Origin: an uncultured Candidatus Rokubacteria bacterium
Lineage (GTDB): Bacteria; Methylomirabilota; Methylomirabilia; Rokubacteriales; CSP1-6
Assembly: GCA_963754315.1 (NCBI GenBank)
Contig: CAVWFS010000013.1
Coordinates: forward strand, 96,001 to 160,000
Reading direction: 5' to 3'
DNA: 64,000 nucleotides
Part shown: piece after piece, positions 32,802 to 42,203 of the stretch
Numbering within the stretch: the first letter of the stretch is position 1
Layout of the letters: every line of letters starts with the position of its first letter
Notes under the pieces: generated by a model
Database searches by the model: none
The model's input: the letters and a program-made list of their open reading frames with translations, nothing else
What the model was told of the DNA's origin: nothing
Made by a program: the position numbers and the translations under genes

Positions 32802-33948
32802 ATGACAGCCTATAGACTCATCTCGGCCGATTCCCACATCGTCGAGCCACCGGACCTGTACACCAAGCGCCTCGAGCCCCGGTTCAGAGAGCGGGCGCCC
32901 CGCATGGAGCGGATGGAGACACCCACCGGTCGCAAGTACGACGCCTGGTTCATCGACGGGCAGCAGGTGGGCACGCTCGGCGCCGTCATGCAGGCGGGCC
33001 AGCGGTTCGAGGACCCGTCCCAGATCGACTTCCTGGGTACGTGGGAAGATGTCCGCCTGGCCGCCTACGATCCGGCGGCGATGATCAAAGAGAACGAGAT
33101 GGATGGCGTCTGGGGGGCCTGCCTGCAGCCGAGCCAGGGTCTCTTCTGGTACCGCATCCCGGACGGCGCCTTGCTCTCCGCCATCTGCCGCGCCTACAAC
33201 GACTGGATCACCGACTTCTGTGCGCCCTACCCCGATCGGCTCAAGGGCATCGCCATGCTCAGCGTGGACGACGTCGAGGACGCCTGTCACGAGCTGGAGC
33301 GCTGCGCGAAGCTCGGCCTGGTGGGGGCGTTCATTCCCGTCTCGCCGCTGCCCGAGCAACCGTATCGCCACCCGATCTACGAGCGCCTGTGGTGGACCGC
33401 GCAGGACGTCGGGATCCCCCTGCTCCTGCACATCGGAACGCCTCGCGGCGGCATTCCGGGTTGCGAGTTCACCATGGACCTCACCGAGCTCAGCGCGGCG
33501 GGCCGGTCCACCACGGACTACTGGGTGCGTTACTCGCTGTCCGCGATGATCTTCGCGGGTGTCTTCGACCGATATCCTCGGCTTGAAGGTCGGCTCCGTG
33601 GAGCACGAAATGGCGTGGATCCCTCACTGGCTGAAGCAAATGGACTTCACCTATCGGGAGCGGCCCGTGTTCACGCGCGGCTGGAAATCACGGGATGGAC
33701 TCCTGCCGAGCGACTACTGGCGGCGCAACATGTTCGTGGAGTTCATGGAAGACGACCTCGGGATCCAGATGCGCGATTCGATCGGCGTCGACACCATGCT
33801 GTGGGGGAGCGACTTCCCACACGCGGAGTCGACGTGGCCGAAGTCCCGGGAGTTTCTGGAACGCATCTTTGCCGGTACGCCCGAGGCAGACCTGCGCAAG
33901 ATCACCTCGGAGAATGCCGCGCAGCTGTTCGGTTTTCCGCGGGGCTAG
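32802..33948 (+). CDS. Amidohydrolase_2 family protein (frameshift near 33583)
   Basis: ISADSHIVEP, AYNDW, LLLHIG, MLWGSDFPHAESTWP. Confidence 0.9.
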
Positions 33949-33962
33949 CGCCAGCCCCCGGC

Positions 33963-34286
33963 ATGCTGGATGGGTTCGTGCCGGTGGCCAGGGCATCCGC
34001 GTTGTTGCCGGGCGCACTGACGTGGGTGGCCATCGATCGGGAGCGAGTCCTCATCGCGAACGTCGATGGCGCCTACTTCGCGCTCCAGGATGCCTGTGGC
34101 CACCGGCAGGCCCCACTCTCGAAGGGAACGCTGAAGGGCCACGTCCTCGAGTGCCCGCTCCACTTCGCGCAGTATGACGTGCGCACGGGTCACCTGCTGA
34201 GCGGCCCCGCCTCGGCCGATGTGCCGACGTATCCGGTACAGGTCGAAGGCGACATCGTCTATGTGAAGCGATCGTCGGCGCGGTAA
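33963..34286 (+). CDS. Rieske [2Fe-2S] ferredoxin
   Basis: CGH...LSKG...ECPLH. Confidence 0.9.
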   Translation: MLDGFVPVARASALLPGALTWVAIDRERVLIANVDGAYFALQDACGHRQAPLSKGTLKGHVLECPLHFAQYDVRTGHLLSGPASADVPTYPVQVEGDIVYVKRSSAR

Positions 34287-34292
34287 CCCTGG

Positions 34293-34727
34293 CTACTGGC
34301 GTCCGAGAAACGCCTCGCGGAGCACGTTGGTCTCCGTTTCCAGCTCGTCGAGCCGGTGTTTGACGACGTCGCCGATGCTCACGATGCCTCGCAGGCGACC
34401 GTCTTCGACGACGGGCAGATGGCGGACACGGTGGCGTGTCATGAGGTCCATCACCTTGGTGATGGGGTCGTCCTCGTGGCAGGTCACGACGTGGCGCATC
34501 ATCACGTCGGCGACGCGCAGGTCGAGGTGCAGGGTGCCGAAGCGCGCCAACGCCTGCACGATGTCGCGCTCGGAGATCAGGCCGAGGACACTGTTGCCAT
34601 CGTTGCTGACCACGAGGGCACCGATACCCTTGTCGGTCAGCTCGTGTAGCGCCGACGCGATGCTGGCCTCTGGCCGCACGGTAACCACGGTACTGCCTTT
34701 GCCCTTGAGAATGGACGCGACCTTCAT
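34293..34727 (-). CDS. CBS domain protein
   Basis: MKVASILKGKG, GLISERDIV, RHLPVV, GIVSIGDVVK. Confidence 0.93.
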   Translation of the reverse strand: MKVASILKGKGSTVVTVRPEASIASALHELTDKGIGALVVSNDGNSVLGLISERDIVQALARFGTLHLDLRVADVMMRHVVTCHEDDPITKVMDLMTRHRVRHLPVVEDGRLRGIVSIGDVVKHRLDELETETNVLREAFLGRQ

Positions 34728-34771
34728 GTCACCGACCTCCTTTCTCCCGGACGTCACGGGACTGCTCGCCC

Positions 34772-35509
34772 TCAGCCAGCCGAGGAGTCCCTCGCCCTCG
34801 ATTCTACGCCTGGCGCCACATCCAAGGTGAAGGTCGACCCGGCGGAAAATGCCGTCGTGTGGCCGTGCCGATGCAACGTCACCTGGCCCTGACCGTACAC
34901 GCGCCACCGGCGGCCAGCCGCCTCATCCAGCATCCCCGTCTCCTCGTCGATACCCACCAGCCACGCCGAGGGCAGCACCTCTTCCAGGCGCGCGACCCAG
35001 TGCCGGCCGAAGGTGCTGTAGTGGGGCAGGACACAGGCATTGGCCAGGTAGCCGAGGCCCCGGTGAACGCGCTCGTGCGATGGATCGTAATAGTGCTGGC
35101 ACAGCACCATCGCGCCGGCACTGCTCCCGGCCAGCACGGCGCCGTCTTTGTAGGCCGCGTCCATCGCGCGGGCGCTCGCACTGCCGGCGAGCGTCTGCCC
35201 GAGGTAGTGGGTAAAGCCGCCCAGCAGATAGATGAGCCGGGCCCGTTCCAGTTCGGAGGCCAGCCGCACGTCCTCGGCGCTGGCGCGATCGATCACGGGG
35301 ACGACCGCCACGTCACGCGCGTTCAGCGAGCGGAACCAGCGTTCGCCGTTCCGGCCCGCCCGCTGATGATTGTGGTCGGGCGCGGCGGCGGCCGGAATGA
35401 TGCGGATGGGCGCCTCGAGTCCGCCCGCGCGCTCGATCGCCTCCCGATCCGGGGCCGCCATCTGCCCGCCGAACTCGGCGCCGCCCGCCAAGAGCAGTGT
35501 GCCGGCCAT
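34772..35509 (-). CDS. Peptidase S51/cyanophycinase-like protein
   Basis: LLAGGAEF, IYLLGG, AGSSAGAM, VLPHY, GIDEETG. Confidence 0.9.
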   Translation of the reverse strand: MAGTLLLAGGAEFGGQMAAPDREAIERAGGLEAPIRIIPAAAAPDHNHQRAGRNGERWFRSLNARDVAVVPVIDRASAEDVRLASELERARLIYLLGGFTHYLGQTLAGSASARAMDAAYKDGAVLAGSSAGAMVLCQHYYDPSHERVHRGLGYLANACVLPHYSTFGRHWVARLEEVLPSAWLVGIDEETGMLDEAAGRRWRVYGQGQVTLHRHGHTTAFSAGSTFTLDVAPGVESRARDSSAG

Positions 35510-35622
35510 GGTTACGATGAGAGCTCCTTCGAGAGCACCGACGGGCGAGTGTCCCCGGGCGGCTCGCCGAAGTCGACCGCCGTGGTGTTGCCCCCGCTCA
35601 CGACCACACCAACCCGCTCGCC
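35458..35622. repeat. 165-bp direct repeat, copy A (S51 gene start + dehydratase 3' end); copy B at 37246-37409
   Basis: By-eye alignment: 5 substitutions and 1 indel. Confidence 0.95.
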
Positions 35623-35640
35623 TTTATGGGGCCGGCCTCT

Positions 35641-35760
35641 TCATCCAGCCCCCGTCTCCTCGTCGATACGCACCGGCCACGCCGAGGGCAGCAGCTCCCC
35701 CAGGCGCGCGACCCAGTGCCGGCCGAAGGCGTGGGGTCGAAGCACCACAACGTGAACGCG
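35641..35760 (-). pseudogene. Decayed duplicate of the 3' part of the S51 peptidase gene
   Basis: 35641-35729 aligns with 34923-35013; GTGAACGCG at 35752 also matches 35063. Confidence 0.88.
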
Positions 35761-35794
35761 TCGAGGAGCGCTGTTCTCGGGCTCCTCGACGCGT
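35756..35794. repeat. 14-bp perfect hairpin, related to the hairpin at 37187-37223
   Basis: ACGCGTCGAGGAGC-N11-GCTCCTCGACGCGT. Confidence 0.85.
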
Positions 35795-35804
35795 CGTCGC
35801 TCGT

Positions 35805-37112
35805 TCAGCGTCCGGCAGCGGCGGTGCCCTTCGCTTCCAGCCGTGAGAGCCGCGCGGTCAGTTCATCGAGGAGTCGGGTCTGGGCTTCGATCACCCGCTG
35901 CTGCCGTTGCAGTTCGTTGAGCAGCATGGCGGGCAGGACGTGGTAGCGCACGCCGGAAGGCTGGCCGTCCTTGTCGAGCACCACCAGTTCGGGGTAGATC
36001 TCGGCCACCTCTTCGGCGATCAGGCCGTACTCGATCGGACGCGGACCAGTGGCGGGCTCCGCTTTGTAGCGGAAGGTGACGGGGCGAAGCTTGCCCAGCC
36101 CCGCGCTGGCGTCGTCCATGTCGCGGATGTCGTCCTTCACGCGCCGCGAGGAGAGCGCGGTCCCCAGCTGTCCGTCGCTGTTCACCTCAACCGGCGTCCC
36201 CGCCGGGAGCAACGTGGTGCCGAAGATCCCGGCGATGAAGGCTCTCGTGTGGGACGGATTGGTGCCCTGGCTGCCGATGCGGATGAGTGTGTGGTATCAA
36301 GGCTGGAGCCCAGGTTGCCGATATGGATGTTGTTGCTTCCGGTCGTCACAAACGCCCCTGCGCCGATCCCGATCGCGATGTTGCTGTTGCCCGTGGTGTT
36401 GCTCTCGAGGGCGCCGTCGCCCAGGGCGGTGTTGTCCGAGCCCGTGGTGTTGCTGGCGAGGGCGCCACTCCCCGTGGCGGTGTTGTCCCCGCCCGTGGTG
36501 TTGCTGCGGAGGGCGCCGAAGCCCAGGGCGGTGTTGGTGAGCGCCCTCGGTGTTGCTGGCGAGGGCGCTGGCGCCCAGGGCGGTGTTGCTGCTGCCCGTG
36601 GTGTTGGCGGCGAGCGCGTCGACGCCCAGGGCGGTGTTGCCGCTCCCCAACTCCTCCACGTCGGTGAAGTAGCCGTAGACATCGACGACCAGATGGGTGG
36701 CGACGATGGACTGCACGGTGACCCTTCCCCCCGCCCCGAGCCCGATATCTATGGCGTTGCCCACATCCTCGCCGGCGCCGAAATTCACCGCCGCCGTCTG
36801 GGGCAAGGGTCCGCCGCTCGGCCAGGCTGCCATGTGCCCAGCCCCTTGAGGCTGGGTGACCGTGAAATTGAGCGCGGCGCCGGCCGCCGTGGTCGGGACG
36901 CCACAGTCGGCCCCGCCGGTGGTCACCCCGCCGATCTGGATGGTCCTAGGCACGTTCGCCTGGAGGGGCGTTCCCGTCACGCGCGTGTCGAGCGCCCGGC
37001 AGGGGGTGGCGAGCGGGATGAACTCCGGCCCGCTGAGGGGCTGCGCGGCAACTGAGGTGGCAAGGCTGAGCGTAAGGGCGAGCAGGACGAGCGTCACACG
37101 AATCGATGTCAT
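35805..37112 (-). CDS. Secreted fibre/adhesin-like protein with 14-aa repeats and C-terminal Peptidase_S74 autoprocessing chaperone domain (frameshifted)
   Basis: Signal peptide; TPCRALDTR..LNFTV..HLVVDVYGYF domain; NTALGxxALxxNTTG repeats; SSRRVKDDI..LRPVTFRYK..YGLIAEEV; terminal coiled coil. Confidence 0.85.
36340..36645 (-). repeat. 42-bp coding tandem repeats, about 6 copies
   Basis: Recurrent CCCAGGGCGGTGTTG / CCCGTGGTGTTG every 42 nt. Confidence 0.85.
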
Positions 37113-37186
37113 CAGGGCTCCTTCCCGTTGTCAGGGGGTCCCGGCAAGGGCGCTCGCCGATGCCGGTGGCGAATCGGGACATTCTA

Positions 37187-37223
37187 GCGTCGAGAGCCCC
37201 AAAAACGGGACGCTTCTCGACGC
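37187..37223. repeat. Hairpin related in inverted orientation to 35756-35794
   Basis: GCGTCGAGA-GCCCCAAAAACGGGACGCT-TCTCGACGC. Confidence 0.75.
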
Positions 37224-37245
37224 GGACTGTTCCCTGTCTCATCCC

Positions 37246-37409
37246 CCATCTGCCCGCCGAACTGGCGCTGCCTGCCGAGAGCAGTGTGCCGGCCATGGTT
37301 ACGATGAGAGCTCCTTCGAGAGCACCGGCGGGCGAGTGTCCCCGGGCGGCTCGCCGAAGTCGACCGCCGTGGTGTTGCCCCCGCTCACGACCACACCAAC
37401 CCGTTCGCC
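37246..37409. repeat. Direct repeat copy B (true dehydratase 3' end + truncated S51 gene start)
   Basis: Matches 35458-35622. Confidence 0.95.
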
Positions 37410-38283
37410 GGGTTGCGGCCGGTACGCCTTGGCAGAGGAGCGCGGCCAGGGGGGCCGCCGCTCCCGGCTCGGCCACGATCCGCGCCACGCTCCAGAGCGT
37501 TTCCTGCGCTTGGCGGATCGCCGGATCACTCACCAGCACGACCCGATCGACGTAGGCCTGGGCGATGGGCAGCATCAGGACTCCGACGCGGCGCGGAGCC
37601 AGCGAGTCCGCCGCGATACCGCCTGCTTCAGCATCGACGGGCTGCCCGGCCGCCAGCGCCCGCGTGAGCGTCGGGGCAGCGACGGGTTCGACACCCACGA
37701 TCCGCACGGCTCCCGCGTACCAGGCCGCGATTCCCCCGATGAGGCCGCCACCCCCAACGGCCACCAGCAAGGTATCGAGGGCAGCCGCTTGTCGCCCGAG
37801 CTCCAGACCGAGTGTCCCCTGCCCCAGCAACGTCTCGACCTGATCGTACGCGTGCACCGTCATGGCGCCCGAGCGACTCGCCCAGTCCTCGCTGGCTGCC
37901 AGCGCATCCGCGTACCGCTCGCCGCCGACGACGAGGTCCGCTCCGTACGCGCGGATCCGCTCGATCTTGGCGGGGGACGAGATCGTCGGCACGAAGACCT
38001 TCGCGCGCACGCCGAGGCGCATGGCGGCATAGGCCACCGCCACGCCGTGGTTCCCTCCGGAGGCGGCGACGACTCCGGCCGTTGGCACGGCGCGCAGCAG
38101 CAAGTTGGCGAAGGCGCCCCGAGCCTTGAACGATCCGGCGTGCTGCATCAGCTCGAGCTTCAGGAAAAGCGACGCGCGGCCAAGCCCGACGTCCGTTCCA
38201 TCCACTTCGAGGACCGGGGTCAGACGGAGGTAGGGCCTGATCACCTCATACGTCGCCTCGATACGCTGGCGGTCGACCGTCAC
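37299..38283 (-). CDS. PLP-dependent threonine/serine dehydratase (frameshift near 37430)
   Basis: LKLELMQHAGSFKARGA, ASGGNHG, VGGGGLIGG, VAEPGAA, VVSGGN. Confidence 0.92.
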
Positions 38284-38678
38284 TTGGCGGCGACCACGGC
38301 CACACCCTGGATCTCGATCTCGATGCCGGGACGGGCGAAGTTCGACACCGTGATGAGCGCGCTGGCCGGGAATCGGCCGTCGGGGAACAAGGTCTTGCGG
38401 ATCTCGACGAAGCGGTCGCCGTGACGCGGATCCTTGATGAACACCGTCATGGTGACGAGGTCGGCCAGCCGCCCGCCGGCGCGGACGAGCACCTCATCCA
38501 TGAGGGCAAACACGCGAACCGTCTGGGCCTCGAAATCGCCGGCGATGTCGCGGCCATCTGCATCGGTGGTGGCCGTCTGCCCGGCCATCCAGACGATGCG
38601 CCCGCCGTCCGTGATGACTGCCGGGGAGTACGCGCGCGCCTTCTGACGTTCGCTCGGTTCCAGGTACGTCGTCGTCAT
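38280..38678 (-). CDS. RidA/YjgF family protein
   Basis: YSPAV, MAGQT, FPASAL, IEIQGVA. Confidence 0.9.
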   Translation of the reverse strand: MTTTYLEPSERQKARAYSPAVITDGGRIVWMAGQTATTDADGRDIAGDFEAQTVRVFALMDEVLVRAGGRLADLVTMTVFIKDPRHGDRFVEIRKTLFPDGRFPASALITVSNFARPGIEIEIQGVAVVAAK

Positions 38679-38823
38679 TTCGGCTCCTTTCGGGGCGTCG
38701 CTTCGCCTCGAGCATCTACGGACTCCGCCGGCATAGCACGAGATGCGCTAGAGTGTCGAGCGGGCGGGCAGCGCGCCCCCCGACGAGAGCACTCGCGATG
38801 GCGAAGGAGGTCCTGGGCTGACC

Positions 38824-39897
38824 ATGAAATTCGGCTGGATGACCTTGTCGCTATCGCCGTCGGCCGACGACGACCTTGCCTGCGTGCATCAGCAGCTCGA
38901 ACAGGGCGTTCTGGCCGAGGCGATGGGCTTCGATTACTTGTGGCTCACCGAACACAACTTCACCGGCGAGTGCGCTTACGCCGATCCCATCCCGTTCGCG
39001 GGCGCCCTCGCCGCGCGTACCTCCCGCGCCCGCATCGGCTTCGCCGTCATCCAGATGGCCCTCCACCATCCCGTGCGTCTGGCCATCCAGCTCGCCGTGC
39101 TCGACAACCTGAGCCACGGGCGCCTGGAAGTCGGCATCGGCCGCGGGTCGAGCTACAACGAGTACGAGTACGTTGGCTTCGGGCTGCGCAGCGACGACAG
39201 CCGGGATCGGATGGAAGAAGCCGTCGAGGTGCTCACGCGGGCCTGGACCGAGGAACCGTTCGTCTACGAGGGCAAGTTCTTTTCCGTGCGCTTGCCCGCC
39301 GTGCGACCGCGCCCGGTGCAACGGCCCCATCCGCCGCTCTGGCGCAGCGTGATCTCCCTCGAGTCGCTGGTCGACTCGGGGCGAGCCGGGCCTTCCCGTC
39401 ATGATGTCGCGGGTGCCGAACGCGCGGATCCCTGAGCGCCTGGCCCGCTATCGCGAAGGGCTGGAAGCGGGGGGTCACGACGACGCGACCCAGAGGCGTC
39501 TTCTCGGAGAGGCGTCCGTGTGGCGCTTCCTCTACGTCGCCGACAGCGAGGCGCAGGCGGAGGATGACGTCCAGCAGGCCACTCTCGCACTATCGCCAGC
39601 ACATGCATCACGTCCGTCAGGCGTACAACCCGGCTCGACTTCCAGGTGAATGCCGCCGCGACGAATCCGTGGATGGACCCTGCCGTCTCGCATCAGGACG
39701 GCGTTCGCTTCGTCCTCGAGACGGGCGCTCTCTACGGGACACCAAAGCGCGTGGCCGAGCAGATCGCGGCCCTGCGTGACCTGGGTCTCGGCCATATCAT
39801 GTGCCAGGCGAGCTGGGGTGGGCTCGCCCACGACAAGGCGGTGGCCTCCCTGCGACGATTCGGGGAGCACGTGGCTCCGTCGTTCCGCAACGCGTAG
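38824..39897 (+). CDS. LLM flavin-dependent oxidoreductase (frameshifted)
   Basis: MKFG, WLTEHNF, HPVRLA, DNLSHGRLEVGIGRG, PRPVQRPHPP, GTPKRVAEQI. Confidence 0.9.
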
Positions 39898-40069
39898 ACA
39901 GCCAGGATCTCAACGTGTCCGCGCAGGGCGTCGCTGCCCAGGCCGCCCCGTATCCAAGATTGGACGCTGACATCCGCCGACCGCCGTGCTCGACTTCCCT
40001 CGAGAGCGGCGTTCGGGCTGCTGGACTGCTGACGCACACGCGTACAATGGTGACGAAGGAGGCGTGACG

Positions 40070-40635
40070 ATGGCGGTCATGCTCAAGCGTTACCGGTTCA
40101 CGGTGGAGGAGTACGAGCGACTGGCCGAGGCCCAGGTGCTCACGCAGTGTGACCGGGTCGAGCTGCTCGACGGAGAGATCGTCGAGATGAGCCCCATTGG
40201 AGACCGTCACGCCAGCGTGGTCGCCCGGCTGACCCGTCTGTTCTCGAGCCAGTCTCGGGGAACGCAAGCCTGGTATGGGTCCAGAATCCGCTCAGGCTCC
40301 GGGCGGTGAGATCCATGCCGCAGCCCGACGTCGTGCTGCTACGCAGTCGAGCGGACTTTTACGCCGCCGGCAAGCCTGGACCCGACGACGTGCTGCTCCT
40401 CATCGAGGTCATGGACACATCGGCAGAGACGGACCGGCGGGTGAAGCTGCCACTCTACGCGCGGGCCGGCATCAGCGAGGTGTGGCTCCTGGATCTCACC
40501 ACCGATCGCGTCGGAGTCTTCCGGCAGCCGACCGGCGCCGGCTACCGCGAAGCCACGACGGTAGACCGGAACAATCGGCTGACGCCTCTGGCTTTCCCCG
40601 ATCTCTCGCTGACTGTCGCCGATCTCCTCGGCTGA
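40070..40635 (+). CDS. Uma2 family endonuclease-fold protein (frameshift near 40260)
   Basis: RFTVEEYERL, VELLDGEIVEMSPIG, PQPDV, LLIEV, KLPLYARAGISEVW. Confidence 0.92.
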
Positions 40636-40721
40636 CGAGACGCCGCCTCCCGCGAGGGGCACTCCTCTCCCCGTCGCGGTATCATCCCGCCAGGCAGCAC
40701 ACTGCTCAGGGAGGATCGGCC

Positions 40722-42182
40722 ATGTCGACCAACGGTCAGACCGAGGCGCGAAAGCTGCACGCTCGCTTCAAGCACCCCATCATCGACGCGGACGGACACT
40801 GGGCGGAGTACGCGCCCCTCATGCGTGAAGAGTTCCGCCGCATCGGCGGGGACACGGCGGTGGAAGCCCTGGACGCAGCCAGCCAGCGCATCCCCAACTC
40901 GCTCCGTATGTCCGTGGCCGAGCGGCGGCGCCGGCGGATCGGCCAGGAAGCGTTCTGGTTCCTGCCCACCAAGAACACCCTCGATCGGGCCACCGCCATG
41001 CTGCCGCGCCTCATGTACGAGCGCCTGGATGACCTCGGCCTCGACTTCTGCGTGGTCTATCCCACTGCCGGGCTCGGCTACTACCGTCTGCAGCCGGAGC
41101 GGCTGCGGCGAGCCCTCTGCCGCGCCTACAACGTGTTCACGGCCGAACAGTTCCGCCCCTTCGCCGACCGCATCATTCCCGCGGCCATCATCCCGATGTA
41201 CACGCCCGAGGAGGCCATCGAGGAGCTGGAGTTCGCCTCGCGGCAGCTCGGCCTGAAGGTCGTCATGATGGGCGGCCTCATGCGGCGCCCCATCCCTGCC
41301 CTCGCCGAGGAGCATCCCGAGGCCTCGAAGTTCGTGGAGTGGTACGACGTCATCGGCATCGACAGCGAGTACGATTACGATCCCGTGTGGGAGAAGTGTC
41401 GCGAGCTGCGCATCGCCCCCAGCTTCCACAACGGGGCGCGCTCGATCCTGCTTCGCAATTCGCCCTCGAACTTCTGCTACAACCATATCGGCCACTTTGC
41501 CTCCGCGGGCGAAGCCACGGCCAAGGCCCTCTTCTTCGGGGGCGTGACCCGGCGCTTTCCGGAACTGAACTTCGCGTTCCTGGAAGGCGGTGTGGGCTGG
41601 GCCTGCTCTCTCTATGCCGATCTCATCGGCCACTGGGAGAAACGAAACCGGCAAGCCCTCGAGAACACCAACCCCGACCAGCTCGATCAGGCGGGTCTGC
41701 TCGCGCTGGCGGAGAAGTATGGGCAGCCGGCAGTGGTGGAGGCCGTGCGCCGGGGCGAAGGCCTTGACGACAACGGCAACGGCACGGGCGAGGTCGAGGA
41801 CCTCGACGACTATTCCCGCTGCCGGATCACGCGCAAGGAGGACATCCGCGAGCTGTTCATTCCCCGGTTCTACTTCGGCTGCGAGGCCGACGATCCCATC
41901 AACGCGTGGGCGTTCAACCGTCGCGCCAACCCGATGGGCTCCCGCCTCAATGCGCTCTTCAGCTCGGACATCGGCCACTTCGACGTGCCCGACATGACCG
42001 AGGTCGTCCCCGAGGCCTACGAGCTGGTGGAGCACGGGCTGCTCACCGACGACGACTTCCGGGATTTCATGTTCACCAATGCCGTGCGTTTCTGGGGCGA
42101 GGTGAACCCGGACTTCTTCAAGGGCACCGTGGTCGAGAAGCAGGCGGCGGACGTGCTCGCCCGGCCCGCGGCTCGCGCATGA
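40722..42182 (+). CDS. Amidohydrolase family protein
   Basis: IIDADGHWAE, CRAYN, FLEGGVGW, FSSDIGHFD. Confidence 0.9.
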   Translation: MSTNGQTEARKLHARFKHPIIDADGHWAEYAPLMREEFRRIGGDTAVEALDAASQRIPNSLRMSVAERRRRRIGQEAFWFLPTKNTLDRATAMLPRLMYERLDDLGLDFCVVYPTAGLGYYRLQPERLRRALCRAYNVFTAEQFRPFADRIIPAAIIPMYTPEEAIEELEFASRQLGLKVVMMGGLMRRPIPALAEEHPEASKFVEWYDVIGIDSEYDYDPVWEKCRELRIAPSFHNGARSILLRNSPSNFCYNHIGHFASAGEATAKALFFGGVTRRFPELNFAFLEGGVGWACSLYADLIGHWEKRNRQALENTNPDQLDQAGLLALAEKYGQPAVVEAVRRGEGLDDNGNGTGEVEDLDDYSRCRITRKEDIRELFIPRFYFGCEADDPINAWAFNRRANPMGSRLNALFSSDIGHFDVPDMTEVVPEAYELVEHGLLTDDDFRDFMFTNAVRFWGEVNPDFFKGTVVEKQAADVLARPAARA

Positions 42183-42203
42183 GCGGCTGAGCGACAGCGG
42201 AAG

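Noticed and set aside
32802..34286. Amidohydrolase-Rieske fusion
   Set aside because: An artefact of the frameshift near 33583; the amidohydrolase ends at 33948 and the Rieske gene starts at 33963.
35805..37112. Prophage, because of the tail-fibre chaperone domain
   Set aside because: No other phage genes, and the protein has a signal peptide.
40000..40027. Third copy of the 35756 hairpin upstream of Uma2
   Set aside because: TCGAGAGCGGCGTTCGGGCTGCTGGAC is only loosely similar and pairs poorly; it cannot be supported by eye.
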